Translations under genes and position numbers: made by a program
Notes under the pieces: model-generated
The model's database searches: none
Seen by the model: the letters and a program-made list of their open reading frames with translations, nothing else
Told to the model about the DNA's origin: nothing
Shown here: piece after piece, positions 30,633 to 39,662 of the stretch
Position numbering within the stretch: the stretch's first letter is position 1
Layout: each line of letters opens with the position of its first letter
From: a virus
Lineage: Duplodnaviria > Caudoviricetes
IMG/VR virus record: IMGVR_UViG_3300033143_000932
Span: 1 to 55,742 of that record
Strand: one strand, 5' to 3'
Length of the DNA stretch: 55,742 nucleotides

Positions 30633-31260
30633 CGTTTTCTATGTTTACTTCTTCATCTGAAATATTCAACATTTTTAATTCTCCTCCTAATAAACCTACA
30701 GTAATACCTCTTAACATATCAGCACTTATTGGAAAAGCACTATCATCTGTATAACAAGGTGCACCACTACAAGCACTATTAACATCTTCAGGAAATTCAA
30801 AAGGAGCTTGAATAGTTACATATTTAACCTTTGTTGTATTAAATACATAAATATGATTATTCTTATAATCATAAGATATTGAATTACCAGTATACTTATT
30901 ATGTTCAGAATAAGTTAGTTCTTCAATTTGTCTGTATGAATATGCTTTACCAAATCCAGCACCACCTACATATTTAAATACTTCTCCTTTCACTCTTACA
31001 GGAGAAGGAATAGGCTTTTCTGTTTTTAATACTGTACATCCTACAGATATAACACAAGTATCTGCTTTATCTACCTTTACTAATTTAGCTGTAAAGGTTT
31101 GTAAGAAATGAGAACTCATTCCATTTCTTTCAACATCTTGTCTTATAAACTCGGCTCTATAATACTTAACACTATATTTAACTCTTTCACGTAATAATAC
31201 GTCATAAGGTTTACCTAAAGCGTCAACTATATTTTGAGATATTTTATTCAGTGTCTGCAT
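30619..31260 (-). CDS. Tail ring protein
   Basis: YYRAEFIRQD, C....C.VLKT.KPIP, APFEFPE, CYTDDSAFPISADM; synteny. Confidence 0.7.
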   Translation of the reverse strand: MQTLNKISQNIVDALGKPYDVLLRERVKYSVKYYRAEFIRQDVERNGMSSHFLQTFTAKLVKVDKADTCVISVGCTVLKTEKPIPSPVRVKGEVFKYVGGAGFGKAYSYRQIEELTYSEHNKYTGNSISYDYKNNHIYVFNTTKVKYVTIQAPFEFPEDVNSACSGAPCYTDDSAFPISADMLRGITVGLLGGELKMLNISDEEVNIENDGKQ

Positions 31261-31741
31261 CGTCTACTATTATAATAAATAGTGAGTTCATTTGTTGAGC
31301 AGTTATCTCTTCAGGAACGTCACTTAGTTTTATTTTATGTAATTTTACATCTTTAGAAACTTCTTCTTTTAGAAACTTGTTATATCCTTCTTTCTTCTTT
31401 TTAATAGATTCAACGGATTTTTCATGTTTCTTTTGTAATTTTTTAAGTTCTTTATCAAATCCTTCTTGGTCTTCAAATACATATTTTGAACTACCATCAG
31501 GATTATCTACAACCATAGGTTTATCCTTTTCATCTAATTTACATAACTTCTTACATAAAGCAATTCTTGCATCTTCATATTTCTTCTCTTCGTCTGAATG
31601 CTCTAATGTACTATTTATGTGTTTTAGTTCTCCTTTAATTATTTCAATGTTTTTAGAAACAGCATAACAAAATTTTGTTCCTGTTAAGTTTCCTACACTA
31701 TTTAAACCTTGGTATAAATTTACTAATTCTGTATTTTTCAT
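31244..31741 (-). CDS. Hypothetical helical protein (165 aa)
   Basis: KFCYAVSKN...ALCKKLCKLDEKDKP; charged helical phage protein of unknown function. Confidence 0.7.
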   Translation of the reverse strand: MKNTELVNLYQGLNSVGNLTGTKFCYAVSKNIEIIKGELKHINSTLEHSDEEKKYEDARIALCKKLCKLDEKDKPMVVDNPDGSSKYVFEDQEGFDKELKKLQKKHEKSVESIKKKKEGYNKFLKEEVSKDVKLHKIKLSDVPEEITAQQMNSLFIIIVDDADTE

Positions 31742-31757
31742 TTTTATATATTATATG

Positions 31758-32348
31758 TTAGTTATCATTTAATAATATTTCTACTTCTTCTTTATATATA
31801 CTTCTATTTGCAAAACGTATAAAGTCTTGCGGTGTCATTAATTTACAAAATTCATATGACTTTAGCCCTATATTTTCACAATATTTTTGAATAAATAATG
31901 AACAAATATACTTCTTACTATTAGAAAGACCTGTAATATCTATACCTGTTTTCTTTACAATAGCAATTCTTAAAAGTCTAAAGTAATCATATTTAACTTG
32001 AGCTTCCCACTCATTTAATCCTTCATTTATACCATGTTCAACAAGGTTTATTTTTGTTGGACGTATAACACAAAAGTCTACATAATGTTTTATTCTATGA
32101 CTCATAGGAACATTAGTAATACCTTCATACCAAGCATCACAATTCTCTAATCTATTTCTATGCCAATGTACATAAGATATATGTGTATAATATGAAGGAC
32201 TCTTTATTTTTTCATCATCTGCATTAATATAGAAATTATCAAAGTATCTAATTAAATCAGATGCTAAACTATTAGATTTCCATAATATAATATCACCATT
32301 TCTAGCAGTATTTCTATATAGTTCGTATTTTATTTCTATTGCAGTCAT
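31758..32348 (-). CDS. Permuted papain-like NlpC/P60 amidase (YaeF/YiiX-like)
   Basis: GDIILW ... YTHISYV (His) ... KYDY ... YICSLFI (Cys) ... MTPQDF, with His before Cys. Confidence 0.85.
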   Translation of the reverse strand: MTAIEIKYELYRNTARNGDIILWKSNSLASDLIRYFDNFYINADDEKIKSPSYYTHISYVHWHRNRLENCDAWYEGITNVPMSHRIKHYVDFCVIRPTKINLVEHGINEGLNEWEAQVKYDYFRLLRIAIVKKTGIDITGLSNSKKYICSLFIQKYCENIGLKSYEFCKLMTPQDFIRFANRSIYKEEVEILLNDN

Positions 32349-32362
32349 ATTTATATATTTTA

Positions 32363-33625
32363 TTATTTAATGTCTCCTTTTAATTTACTTATAATATAAG
32401 TTCTTAAACTTATATCCATCATATGTGCAACAGAAGTAAATTCTATTGGAGCAATTACAGTTCTTTGTGGTTCGGGTTGATTAGTTTCATTAGATATTAT
32501 ATTACTTAACCAAGTTGTATCAAAGTCGTTTAGTAAATCATTATATAAAGTTCCTCTTGACGATTGTTGCCACGCATCAAATGCAGAAGAATGTTTTTCC
32601 AATAATAAAGTTAATTTCTCGTGAACATCTGATTCACTAATAAATATACCTGATAATATACTAGCTAAACCAACATTGTCAATTAATTGTTCTTTTATAT
32701 TTTCTCTCCTTTTTATTCCTTCTTTGTGTCTTTTTCTACGAGTATTATATTTTTTAGATTTAATTTTAGTATTTACTTCATCTAAAGTTCCATCTTTTTT
32801 TACGTATTTTCGTGTTTTAGTTCTATTTATAGGAGGATTTCCACTATTATTTAATGTATTATCTGAAGTATCCATATTATAGACTTCTTCTACAACTAAT
32901 ATTAATTCCCCTTTGTTCTCTAAATCTATATACCCTCTATAATAATTTGTTTTATCTAATAATCCAGATTTTACTCCAGTATCGTGTATTATATACTCAG
33001 GAGTATATGATACAAGTGTATTTAATTCTGTTATATAATTTATATTTGTTACTCCTTTTAATAGAACTGCATTATTTACATCTTCTTCAATTCTATAAAT
33101 TACATTATCATTATAAGGTAATTTAATTACACAATAACATCTGAAATCAACATAATTTAAATATCCTCCAGTATTTAAATATTTATAATACCTAATAGTT
33201 TCATTATATTTAATATCATTATTTTCATGTTCCCATATGTCTAGTAAAATAGAATCGTATGTTTGTAAAGGTTTATACATTGTGGCATCTGCTTCGATTA
33301 TTGTTACTCCTTCTAAATATGGTTGCATCATAGCAATAATAGTAGCATCATTTTCAATTACTGTTATACTTTTAACAGTAGGTAAATCTTTAATTGGAAA
33401 AATAGAAAACCCGCAACCTAAACCACATATCAATACATCACCTGTAAGATTATTCATGTGTTGTTCAAATATATTTTTTATTGGTCTATTAACCATATCA
33501 TACATAATCACTTTATTTAATTTTGTAAAATAAAGTGTATTATATCCATCTTTATCAATATGTTCAAATGAATAATCTCCTTGTGCTTCTTCTGAAATTA
33601 TATTTGCTAAATTCGGGAAAGTCAT
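32363..33625 (-). CDS. Class I SAM-dependent methyltransferase-like (spermidine synthase-like) domain fused to an unknown C-terminal domain
   Basis: GDVLICGLGCG (motif I), ITVIEND, IIEADA, YDSILLDIW and YLNTGG in the first ~160 aa. Confidence 0.75.
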   Translation of the reverse strand: MTFPNLANIISEEAQGDYSFEHIDKDGYNTLYFTKLNKVIMYDMVNRPIKNIFEQHMNNLTGDVLICGLGCGFSIFPIKDLPTVKSITVIENDATIIAMMQPYLEGVTIIEADATMYKPLQTYDSILLDIWEHENNDIKYNETIRYYKYLNTGGYLNYVDFRCYCVIKLPYNDNVIYRIEEDVNNAVLLKGVTNINYITELNTLVSYTPEYIIHDTGVKSGLLDKTNYYRGYIDLENKGELILVVEEVYNMDTSDNTLNNSGNPPINRTKTRKYVKKDGTLDEVNTKIKSKKYNTRRKRHKEGIKRRENIKEQLIDNVGLASILSGIFISESDVHEKLTLLLEKHSSAFDAWQQSSRGTLYNDLLNDFDTTWLSNIISNETNQPEPQRTVIAPIEFTSVAHMMDISLRTYIISKLKGDIK

Positions 33626-33632
33626 AATTTTC

Positions 33633-34817
33633 TTAATAAATTGTTAATGAACTAATTCGGGCATCATCTCCCATACCTCCACCATTTAAAGTTAAAGTTA
33701 TTGAAATAACTGCATTTGCCAAAGGTATATTACTTAGTGTACCTAAATCTGCAATATTTTCTTCTGAACTAGACGTTATACCAAGTAATTGCGCTATCTG
33801 ATTTGAATTTGTTTCATCTGTTATAGTTATATCAACGCTTGTTCCACCGTCATTCCAAACGTTTGCTATTATATTGGTTGGAATACCTAATGTAGTACTC
33901 CCTGCATATGTGATTTTTGCAACAACATCCGTACCTCCTTCTTGTACAAATTCACTATTATTTCTAGTAAAGGCATAAGATTGTGATACTGTTCCTCCGC
34001 TTATTGTAGGTTTATTTTTTATATAATCGTCAGCACCCGTATCAGTTTGACTCCAATCGGATTGAACATTTTCTTCTGCATTTACATTTACATTTCCGAG
34101 CTTTGTTTTTTCTGCATCTGTAAAAGCATTTGTATCTGCATTATTTTCATATTGAGTTTTTATTTCTGCATCAGTTTGATTAACTTGTGCACCTGCTTCA
34201 ATTCCACTTAATTTAGTCCTTTCTGTTCCTGTTATAATTTCACCACTTCCAGCATCTGTAACATCATTCAATTCTGTTACAGAGTGACTTGATAAATCTG
34301 TTATATCAGTAGGTTTATTTTTAATATAATCGTCTGCTCCTGTACTAGTTTGATTCCAATCACTTTGGACATTTGCTTGATATCCTGCATCATTAGTAAA
34401 TAAAGATATATTATCCCCATGTAATGTTATAGTACCATCCTTATCTTGAAGAGTTAATATACGTAATTGAGTTAAATTAGATAATTCAAACTTTGCTTGT
34501 TTAGCTCCATTACCATCATCGTATAATAAGAAGTTATTATCACTAAAATCAAATTGTACAGGAACTACTACCCAATCACTAAGACTACCTGTATCAGTCA
34601 TTTTAGTATATATACCAGCAGGATATTGTGTTACCGTTCCTAATAGTATTTTAACGGGGGATTGTACAAGATATAATGAACCAATTACAGGGTCACCAAG
34701 TGTAGTAGGTAAAAGATTCCTATTATCAACTACATCAGTAAATGATATACCAGAAACTGAAATTAGCTTATCTAATCTTTTAGCAATTTCTTCTAATACT
34801 ACTTCTTCACCTCTCAT
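33633..34817 (-). CDS. Tail fibre / spike protein
   Basis: Two NVQSDW.QT.TGADDYIKNKP repeats, T..E.TKL repeats, ISLFTNDAGY, beta-rich C-terminus. Confidence 0.75.
   Translation of the reverse strand: MRGEEVVLEEIAKRLDKLISVSGISFTDVVDNRNLLPTTLGDPVIGSLYLVQSPVKILLGTVTQYPAGIYTKMTDTGSLSDWVVVPVQFDFSDNNFLLYDDGNGAKQAKFELSNLTQLRILTLQDKDGTITLHGDNISLFTNDAGYQANVQSDWNQTSTGADDYIKNKPTDITDLSSHSVTELNDVTDAGSGEIITGTERTKLSGIEAGAQVNQTDAEIKTQYENNADTNAFTDAEKTKLGNVNVNAEENVQSDWSQTDTGADDYIKNKPTISGGTVSQSYAFTRNNSEFVQEGGTDVVAKITYAGSTTLGIPTNIIANVWNDGGTSVDITITDETNSNQIAQLLGITSSSEENIADLGTLSNIPLANAVISITLTLNGGGMGDDARISSLTIY
34005..34373 (-). repeat. Intragenic 66-nt repeat pair (34005-34070 and 34308-34373)
   Basis: NVQSDWNQTSTGADDYIKNKPT vs NVQSDWSQTDTGADDYIKNKPT, with synonymous divergence at DNA level. 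Confidence 0.85.
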
Positions 34818-34948
34818 TTATTATACTTTATAAATAATTTTTTAATTTCAATAAGTTCAATTTTATTCTCTATTGGGTATTGTACTTTAATATCAATTAA
34901 TTTATCTACTTGCTTTATTATTTGAGTTACTATCCTTTTCTTTGCCAT
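34814..34948 (-). CDS. Small unannotated ORF, 44 aa (MAKKRIVTQIIKQVDKLIDIKVQYPIENKIELIEIKKLFIKYNK)
   Basis: Translated by hand; A-rich leader before the ATG; its TGA overlaps the next ATG (ATGA); fills the gap between two genes. Confidence 0.7.
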   Translation of the reverse strand: MAKKRIVTQIIKQVDKLIDIKVQYPIENKIELIEIKKLFIKYNK

Positions 34949-35156
34949 TTTTCTTCTTTTTAATAAACTTAGCATAAAATGTTAGTACAGCAGTTAAAGC
35001 ACCAAATAATAAAATTATAGTTCTTAATATTTCAATAAATATTTCATATACTTCTTTTACTTCAACATCTAAGTAACTAATACCAAATGAAGCAAGACTA
35101 ACACCAATACTTTCAGGAGCATGTGTATCAATATAATTAATAACAGTTTTAAGCAT
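34902..35156 (-). CDS. Small membrane protein, holin-like
   Basis: Two hydrophobic segments and a basic KKKK C-terminus. Confidence 0.55.
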   Translation of the reverse strand: MLKTVINYIDTHAPESIGVSLASFGISYLDVEVKEVYEIFIEILRTIILLFGALTAVLTFYAKFIKKKKNGKEKDSNSNNKASR

Positions 35157-35496
35157 CTTCAGTTCTTTTAAGTTTTCTTTTTAATGTCTCTATTATTTTA
35201 TCAGATGTAAAACCTGCTAAAAAGGAATTATAAACACTTAGTTTAATTCCTAATAAATCTTCTGTAAAAAGTATACCTAATGTCATAGCTATAATATTTA
35301 GTATCACTCTAAATTTATTATGACTCCACCAATATTTAAATTTAAACTCTTTAGACTTAACATCACTCTTATATAGTTCAAGTACTAAACTAAATAGTAA
35401 ACCAGTAAACGCAAAAAGTAAATATATTGCAAATAATTTAAATGGTACATGAGTACCAAATACAGTTTCTGAAAAATTAATTATTGTATCATTCAT
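35149..35496 (-). CDS. Membrane protein with about 3 TM segments, holin-like
   Basis: LFAIYLLFAFTGLLFSLVL, VILNIIAMTLGILF and SFLAGFTSD segments; basic tail. Confidence 0.6.
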   Translation of the reverse strand: MNDTIINFSETVFGTHVPFKLFAIYLLFAFTGLLFSLVLELYKSDVKSKEFKFKYWWSHNKFRVILNIIAMTLGILFTEDLLGIKLSVYNSFLAGFTSDKIIETLKRKLKRTEDA

Positions 35497-35516
35497 ATCT
35501 TATTATTAATTGGTTA

Positions 35517-36026
35517 TTAAAAACTAGCTCTTACGGTTCTTGAAATTCTCTTTTCAACTTCTTTTTCAATTAAATCTTCTATATCTTTTTTAAATAATAA
35601 CTCCCCGTTATCAATAGATATGAGAAGTTGTACAAACATTGGCATTATTTCTTCATCTCTTAAAGTAGCTCCTACACCTAATGCTCCAATAAAATCTATT
35701 TTACTGCTATCAGCAGCATAAACTTCATTTTTTACTTCTTGTTTCGCTATTTTAACTTGTTTATTTATTTCATAAAGTAGTTTATCACTACTAAAAGCTT
35801 TACTTAACATATTTGCGTCATTCATAGCAGTTTCTATTCTACTATCAATCGCATTATTCATTTTAGTTTCTGCTCCAACAGCTACAGTATCAGTAAAAGC
35901 GTTAACTGCCCAACTACCAACTTGCATAACTAAAAGACCTAATACCGCCCAACCTTTAGCATCAAGAAACTTTTTAGTTTTTGATTCTTCTTTATTATAG
36001 TCTTTATCTTTTAGGTCTTTTGTCAT
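35517..36026 (-). CDS. Single-pass membrane protein (possible lysis accessory)
   Basis: GWAVLGLLVMQVGSWAV TM segment followed by a helical domain. Confidence 0.55.
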   Translation of the reverse strand: MTKDLKDKDYNKEESKTKKFLDAKGWAVLGLLVMQVGSWAVNAFTDTVAVGAETKMNNAIDSRIETAMNDANMLSKAFSSDKLLYEINKQVKIAKQEVKNEVYAADSSKIDFIGALGVGATLRDEEIMPMFVQLLISIDNGELLFKKDIEDLIEKEVEKRISRTVRASF

Positions 36027-36027
36027 A

Positions 36028-36894
36028 TTATGATTTCATTATGTAAGCTATTACAAAATATGGTGGTCTATTCTCGTGAGGATTACCTGCTCCAGATTCT
36101 TCTGTAACAAAATCTAATCCAGCTGTTGCAGAAGAATTAGCAACAATATTTCCACCACTCAATGCTTGATTAGCACCTCCACCTGCTGTACTTTCAAATA
36201 CTCTATGTGAGTGTTGAGCATTTTCAAAAACAGTTAAAGCGTGTTCTTCTTCCCCACCTGTATTACCTATTGTATTATAATCTCCAGGAGTAGCATCATA
36301 ACCAACTACAAATTTAGCTGCTAAGTTAGGTGTACCCAATGAACCATCACATAATAACCAACCTGCTGGTATAGCACCTATAGTACCACTCCACATAATA
36401 ATACCACCAGTAGGTACCAAAAACGCTGCATTATTAGCTATATTAGTTTCATTGTCGTCTACTTGTTGGTCAAGTTTATCAACTGATAGAGTTAATGCTT
36501 CGTCATTGGTAACATAGTTCTCTTCTGTATACTGTCTATCTCCTACTTCTAAAGTAAACTTATCTTTAATATGAGAAGGTTTAGCATGTAATGCAAAATT
36601 ATCTGTTGCATCATTATTTGTACCAGCATCAAATTGAGCTTGTGTAGCTTGTTTACTTAGTCCTTGTTGAGTTTCAGTAGCAGTATCTTCAACATTTAAT
36701 TTAAATGTTAATGATTCTAGAAACTTCTTCATTACCGCTTCATTTGGGAAATGATTTATAAGGAATCTATTTTTTACAGATGCTCCATTTACAATATAGT
36801 CTGTAGGAAAACCTAATTCTTGGTCTTTCTTAGCACCTGTATTAACAGCAGTACTTCTAAGAAAAAACTCTCTAAACTCTTTTATTTCTGCCAT
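36028..36894 (-). CDS. Tail fibre / tail-collar domain protein
   Basis: VPTGGIIMWSG...IPAGWLLCDG..GTPNL..KFVVG...GGEEEH.LT..E...HSH...PHENRPPYFVIAYIMK. Confidence 0.85.
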   Translation of the reverse strand: MAEIKEFREFFLRSTAVNTGAKKDQELGFPTDYIVNGASVKNRFLINHFPNEAVMKKFLESLTFKLNVEDTATETQQGLSKQATQAQFDAGTNNDATDNFALHAKPSHIKDKFTLEVGDRQYTEENYVTNDEALTLSVDKLDQQVDDNETNIANNAAFLVPTGGIIMWSGTIGAIPAGWLLCDGSLGTPNLAAKFVVGYDATPGDYNTIGNTGGEEEHALTVFENAQHSHRVFESTAGGGANQALSGGNIVANSSATAGLDFVTEESGAGNPHENRPPYFVIAYIMKS

Positions 36895-36909
36895 GTCTTA
36901 TAATATTTA

Positions 36910-37341
36910 TTATTCTATTTCTAAATCAGTAGAAACTAAACCATAATATTGTTCATTTCCTATAACTATCTTAGCTGATTCTAATAAGATTTCAATTTGT
37001 TGTAATGTATAAATTGTTTCAGTTAATGTTAAACTATCTACAATTGCACTTAATTCTTCAATTGTAATAGGATTTTTAACTCCAGCATCACCAACTATTT
37101 TCATATGGTCAGCTAAATATTCATAAGTTTCTGGTACAGCAGGTGTATCAGGATTCTCAGCAGTACCTTCTCCAATAATAGCATCAGTACCAGCTATAAT
37201 TTTAGAACTTCTAAATTTTATTACATGGTCTTGTCTATCAGTTCTCATATGAGAATTAAAATTATGGAATAAAATTAATGACGTTTCAGTTGGTCTACTA
37301 GCATCGGTCATTACTGCTTTTGTTGTTCTTATCTGTTTCAT
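36910..37341 (-). CDS. Hypothetical protein (possible fibre chaperone)
   Basis: 143-aa ORF between fibre genes. Confidence 0.6.
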   Translation of the reverse strand: MKQIRTTKAVMTDASRPTETSLILFHNFNSHMRTDRQDHVIKFRSSKIIAGTDAIIGEGTAENPDTPAVPETYEYLADHMKIVGDAGVKNPITIEELSAIVDSLTLTETIYTLQQIEILLESAKIVIGNEQYYGLVSTDLEIE

Positions 37342-37368
37342 TTTTCTATTTTTAAATTTATTTATTTA

Positions 37369-39117
37369 TTATAATTTAGTCCATGCCCCACCTTCATAAC
37401 CCCAAAAACCTACGGCAGTAAATGTTGCATCAGTACTAGTTACGTATATTACAAGACCATTAACACCTGTTATTGTTCCTGCTTGTGTATGGGTCATTCT
37501 AGGAAGTAGTACACCTTTATCAGTTGATACTATATCTAATATTGCACTTGCATTAGGACTTGATGTATTAATACCTACACGTCTTTCATCATACATTACA
37601 CTTACTAATCCTGTACCACTTGAATCTTCAAATATAGAATCACCACCTGCAACTCTAAATTTATCTCCAGCTAATAATGTCCCACTTATTGTCATTCTAC
37701 CACTATAATAAGTAGTTCCATCTTCTTTAATTGTAAATTCAATATTTGTCGCTGCATTTAAAAATGTAGCTATTGTAGTTTCAGTAGTAGAATTAGTTAC
37801 AGAAAATTTTGTATTAGCGTATGTAGCACTACCAAATGCAATAAGGTTAGTACTATAATCTAAGTTAATTAAATTAACATCCGCGACACTTTCTACTTTC
37901 CAATCCATTGATTTAGAATGTACTGTTCCACCTAAAGGCGAACTATGTCCAAAACCAAACCCATAAGATGTAGAGCCGTTACCATTCCACCACGAAATCT
38001 CATCTCCAATTCTTACTTTCTCAACTAATCCTGTACCACTATCAAAAATACTAAAGTAGTTATTATTCACACTTGCAATAAAATCAAATGACTTTCTATT
38101 GTCTCCAATAGTCCATTCATTCCATATTGAAAAGGCGGTTCCGTTTGTTCTTACTCTCCTTACTTCTGAACCTCTCGGATTAACAGTAAATAAATGTCCA
38201 TTTTGTCCAACACCAGCATCAAAGTTTCTACTAATACTAGTAGTGAATCCTGTACCTGTTCCATTATCAACATTAAATACTGCAGTACCTACTAAAGCTC
38301 CTACAAAAACTCTATCAGCACTATGGTCAGTTACAAATAATGTAGAATTTGTTAATCCTTGAAGTTTTAAATCACCACCTGTAAAAGTTAATGTATCTGT
38401 TATAGTAGCAACAACACTTGTAGGTACTGTATCTGAACCAGTAAATATACCATTACCATCAGCACCTGCCGCAACATATGTTCCAGCATCAGATAAAAAT
38501 AATGTACCTCCACCTGAATCAATAACATTAGAAGCAGCATGAGCAAGAAATATAGGGTCTGTTTCAGTGTATGATGTTATGTATCCTGTATCATTAGTAA
38601 ATGTACTAATTGGTAAAGCTGTTACAGTACCATAATCAGGAATCCATCTAGGGTCAGCTGTACCAAGTAAAGAATAGTCAAGTGCGTACTTAAATCCGAA
38701 TTCTGATAAACTATCTGTTAATGTACCTCCATTAAAATCCATTGTCAAACCTACACTTCCACTACCAGATTCAATATATGTAAGAGAAGCTTCACTACCT
38801 GTTTCTAGATAAAGAACAGATTCAGTTCCAGCACCATCATTTGATGCGTATACTGCAATATCATTTTCAACTTCTATTGTTACTTCACTTGTACTTACTG
38901 TAGCAATACCCCCTTCATCCATTACAGATTGTAAATCTTGAGCTGGTGGGATAACTGGTGGAGGTACTGGAGGATTATGAGCAAGTAAATTTCTTAAAGT
39001 ATCAAGTGTAACTTTTTTACTTTTACCTAAAGTGTTATCGTATATATACATTAAATCAGTCGATTGTGGACTAATTAATGTAGGTAATGATGTTACGTGT
39101 GTTCCTTCTACTTCCAT
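37369..39117 (-). CDS. Tail fibre / receptor-binding protein
   Basis: Pro-rich hinge, QDLQSVMDEG, ISTFTNDTGYITSYTETDPIF, and the C-terminal VGINTSSPNASAILDIVSTDKGVLLPRMT motif common in Bacteroidota and their phages. Confidence 0.8.
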   Translation of the reverse strand: MEVEGTHVTSLPTLISPQSTDLMYIYDNTLGKSKKVTLDTLRNLLAHNPPVPPPVIPPAQDLQSVMDEGGIATVSTSEVTIEVENDIAVYASNDGAGTESVLYLETGSEASLTYIESGSGSVGLTMDFNGGTLTDSLSEFGFKYALDYSLLGTADPRWIPDYGTVTALPISTFTNDTGYITSYTETDPIFLAHAASNVIDSGGGTLFLSDAGTYVAAGADGNGIFTGSDTVPTSVVATITDTLTFTGGDLKLQGLTNSTLFVTDHSADRVFVGALVGTAVFNVDNGTGTGFTTSISRNFDAGVGQNGHLFTVNPRGSEVRRVRTNGTAFSIWNEWTIGDNRKSFDFIASVNNNYFSIFDSGTGLVEKVRIGDEISWWNGNGSTSYGFGFGHSSPLGGTVHSKSMDWKVESVADVNLINLDYSTNLIAFGSATYANTKFSVTNSTTETTIATFLNAATNIEFTIKEDGTTYYSGRMTISGTLLAGDKFRVAGGDSIFEDSSGTGLVSVMYDERRVGINTSSPNASAILDIVSTDKGVLLPRMTHTQAGTITGVNGLVIYVTSTDATFTAVGFWGYEGGAWTKL

Positions 39118-39119
39118 TC

Positions 39120-39662
39120 TTATATACTTAAATGAATTTCAACTCCATCAATAACTTCTATTAATAAATGTATACCTAATGAAGCACCATCTTCTATATA
39201 GTTTTCACAACCACTTGTTTCAGCAAGTAGTGTAGTCATATCAAAAGTTGTGTTATCGGGTGGTGTAGTACCTAATGGTTCGATAACAAAATTAGTTTCT
39301 ATTTGCATTCCCCCTATACCATTAGAAGAAACGTAAGGTAAACCGAATATATTTAGTATCTTATCTAAATCTATTCCTTTACATGCAAAAGCATCTCTAT
39401 ATTTATCTACGCAATACTTTTCTTCAAAGTAACTCCATTCTAATAAATTATTAGTTCTACTAACAATATCATTATAAATGAAAACTACATATAAAGTAGC
39501 AATATGATAATTTAATACTTTAAATTGTTTTTTACTTTCTCCACAAATATCTTCTTGATTAAATTGTTCTATATGTAGAGTCATTATATCATCTTCATAT
39601 AATTTATATGATTGAGATATATAGGACTCTAGTACAGTATTTTGATTTAATCTTATAAACAT
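39120..39662 (-). CDS. Structural protein, tail hub-like
   Basis: Synteny after the auxiliary capsid gene; GIGGMQIETNFVI motif. Confidence 0.5.
   Translation of the reverse strand: MFIRLNQNTVLESYISQSYKLYEDDIMTLHIEQFNQEDICGESKKQFKVLNYHIATLYVVFIYNDIVSRTNNLLEWSYFEEKYCVDKYRDAFACKGIDLDKILNIFGLPYVSSNGIGGMQIETNFVIEPLGTTPPDNTTFDMTTLLAETSGCENYIEDGASLGIHLLIEVIDGVEIHLSI

Noticed and set aside
33633-39117. Diversity-generating retroelement acting on tail fibres
   Set aside because: No reverse transcriptase in the window; the repeats differ at synonymous sites rather than only at adenines
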